From Haplodiscus bocki (taxonomy: Eukaryota): DNA of 64,000 nt. Position numbers and translations under genes: made by a program. Shown in pieces: positions 62,545-64,000 of this stretch (its first letter is position 1; each line of letters begins with the position of its first letter). The notes beneath the pieces were generated by a model that searched no databases, was not told the origin of the DNA, and saw nothing but the letters and a program-made list of their open reading frames with translations. The stretch spans positions 70,184,001-70,248,000 of the forward strand of contig OZ296654.1 in assembly GCA_965655095.1 (NCBI GenBank). The letters run 5' to 3'.

Positions 62545-64000
62545 CTGAAATAAACGAATCATATTTAGAGAGCACTAATGCACGCTCAAGTCCGATCTTT
62601 TTGCAAATAATGAAAAAACTTTCTGGAATCTTTTCATTTGTTTCAACTGCTCATTAATTAAAAAGATTGCTTTCAATTAAAAAGTTGCAAACCATTGCAG
62701 TTAGTTTTTTCACCGCGTAAAGAACACTCTTAGCAATCTAAAGGCTCGTCCTTCCTGTCCAATGTTGTCTACTGTGTGACGCAGCTGGTGGCATGCTAGT
62801 GGCAGTAAGAACTACAATATTAGCGATGGTCAGCGCTGCGCATAATGGCTTACTAAGCCTCATATGCAGCTGTCTATATCTGGTACCCAGACACAGCACT
62901 ATACATACAAGACAATGAAAATTAGATTTTCTGCGCCACGGAAAATGGGTCCAGGCAAAAAGCCGCGTATAACCACCAACCAAAACCATACAAATTTTCT
63001 TGAAAACATCAAAGGGTCCTCCTTAGGAAGTTTCACGGCAATAAGTAAAACCCCCTTTTACACTGAATTTTCTGAAAATTTTTCCAAGCATGAAGGACTC
63101 CCCTTTCAATATGTACCGTTCTCGGCATGTTTTCAAAATCATTCTCAATCTGGGAGATGAGTCACGGTTACTCTGGTGTCCTTTAAAAAGTCATCTTCAT
63201 GTTTACCAAACATTTCGCATTAAGTTATGCGTTTACTTTACCTTGCTTAAAATATGGTAACATGAGAGAAAACCTCCAACGAAACATAACACTGTTTCCA
63301 CCCCTCAATGCTTCCCATATTATTTTGCAAAAAAGGAAATACTTCAAATCGGAGACCAATTTTCTTGAACAACTTCGTTTTCTGATATATTACGACCTGA
63401 GTTCCCTTCAAAAAGTACTTCCACATAATTACGAGCAGCTTAGGACTAACATTTCGAAATGCTCAATTGGAACCTTTTTCAAGACCATTAGAGGTTTTTG
63501 AAAATGAGGTCAAATAGAAATTATACTTACTCATGCTCCAAACCAGAAGGCGCTCCTCTTCCTAAAACCAAATGCAATGTGTAGACATAAATTTTTCAGG
63601 GTCTCCCCACTAACTATTCAAAGTTTTCAGCTTCGATTTCTAGAAGGTCTTGATCAGGGTACATCCAAAAAACTCACTTCATTTAATTTCTCGACTTTGT
63701 CCGACAAACCATTCAGCAAAAAAATAATATCGAAAAACTTCTGTAAATTAATTTGTGAACTGCCTATTCAAAGATGTCAATGACCGGATTCGCAGAAACC
63801 TTTGATAAACCAACAGAAACTAGCAAAAATGTTGAGCTGATGAGTATTATCTTTTCCAAAAAGATCTCCTTATTGGGCGTGAACTTCTTACTTGATAATC
63901 TGCTTTGAATCAAACAAACGCTTACAACTGTATTCTTCCTTTTCTCCATTTATGTTGACGAAAATTCGGCCTTCGAAATCTGATCCAGTTTTGAAAATCA

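Noticed and set aside
62738-62989. Possible hnRNP L poison exon
   Set aside because: No convincing acceptor/donor pair and no CA-rich cluster like the one driving vertebrate autoregulation.

Overview
AT-rich eukaryotic (marine-invertebrate-like) genomic DNA with two assembly gaps (21941-22120, 30415-30614), dominated by introns and decayed transposable elements. No prokaryotic operons, CRISPR arrays, rRNA or intact tRNA genes were seen, and most ORF-track entries are spurious or TE fragments. Two spliced minus-strand host genes can be rebuilt by hand with phase-consistent GT-AG junctions. One is a secreted protein (signal peptide, Cys-rich PAN-like region, Ca-binding EGF repeats, two tandem F-type lectin domains) with exons from 29478 down to the window start. 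The other is the 3' half of an hnRNP L-family gene (RRM3-RRM4), with exons from 62544 down to the terminal exon. The most striking structure is at the hnRNP L 3' end: an 8.3-kb element (45745-54047) with Polinton/Maverick-type AGTAGT...ACTACT ends and 2.4-2.9-kb terminal inverted repeats. It is flanked not by a 6-bp TSD but by a ~378-bp direct duplication containing the whole coding part of the terminal exon, so the gene has two splice-competent last exons separated by a giant palindrome. A second theme is Ty3/Gypsy LTRs that carry a long gag-like ORF inside the LTR, in frame with an ATG formed at the LTR(CA)|PBS(TGG) junction; in the near-full-length copy the LTR-end/PBS unit is triplicated. 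Also present are a decayed RTE LINE, tRNA-derived SINEs, several MITEs and a candidate pseudoknotted intronic RNA. All alignments, identities and folds were done by eye; no database searches were run.
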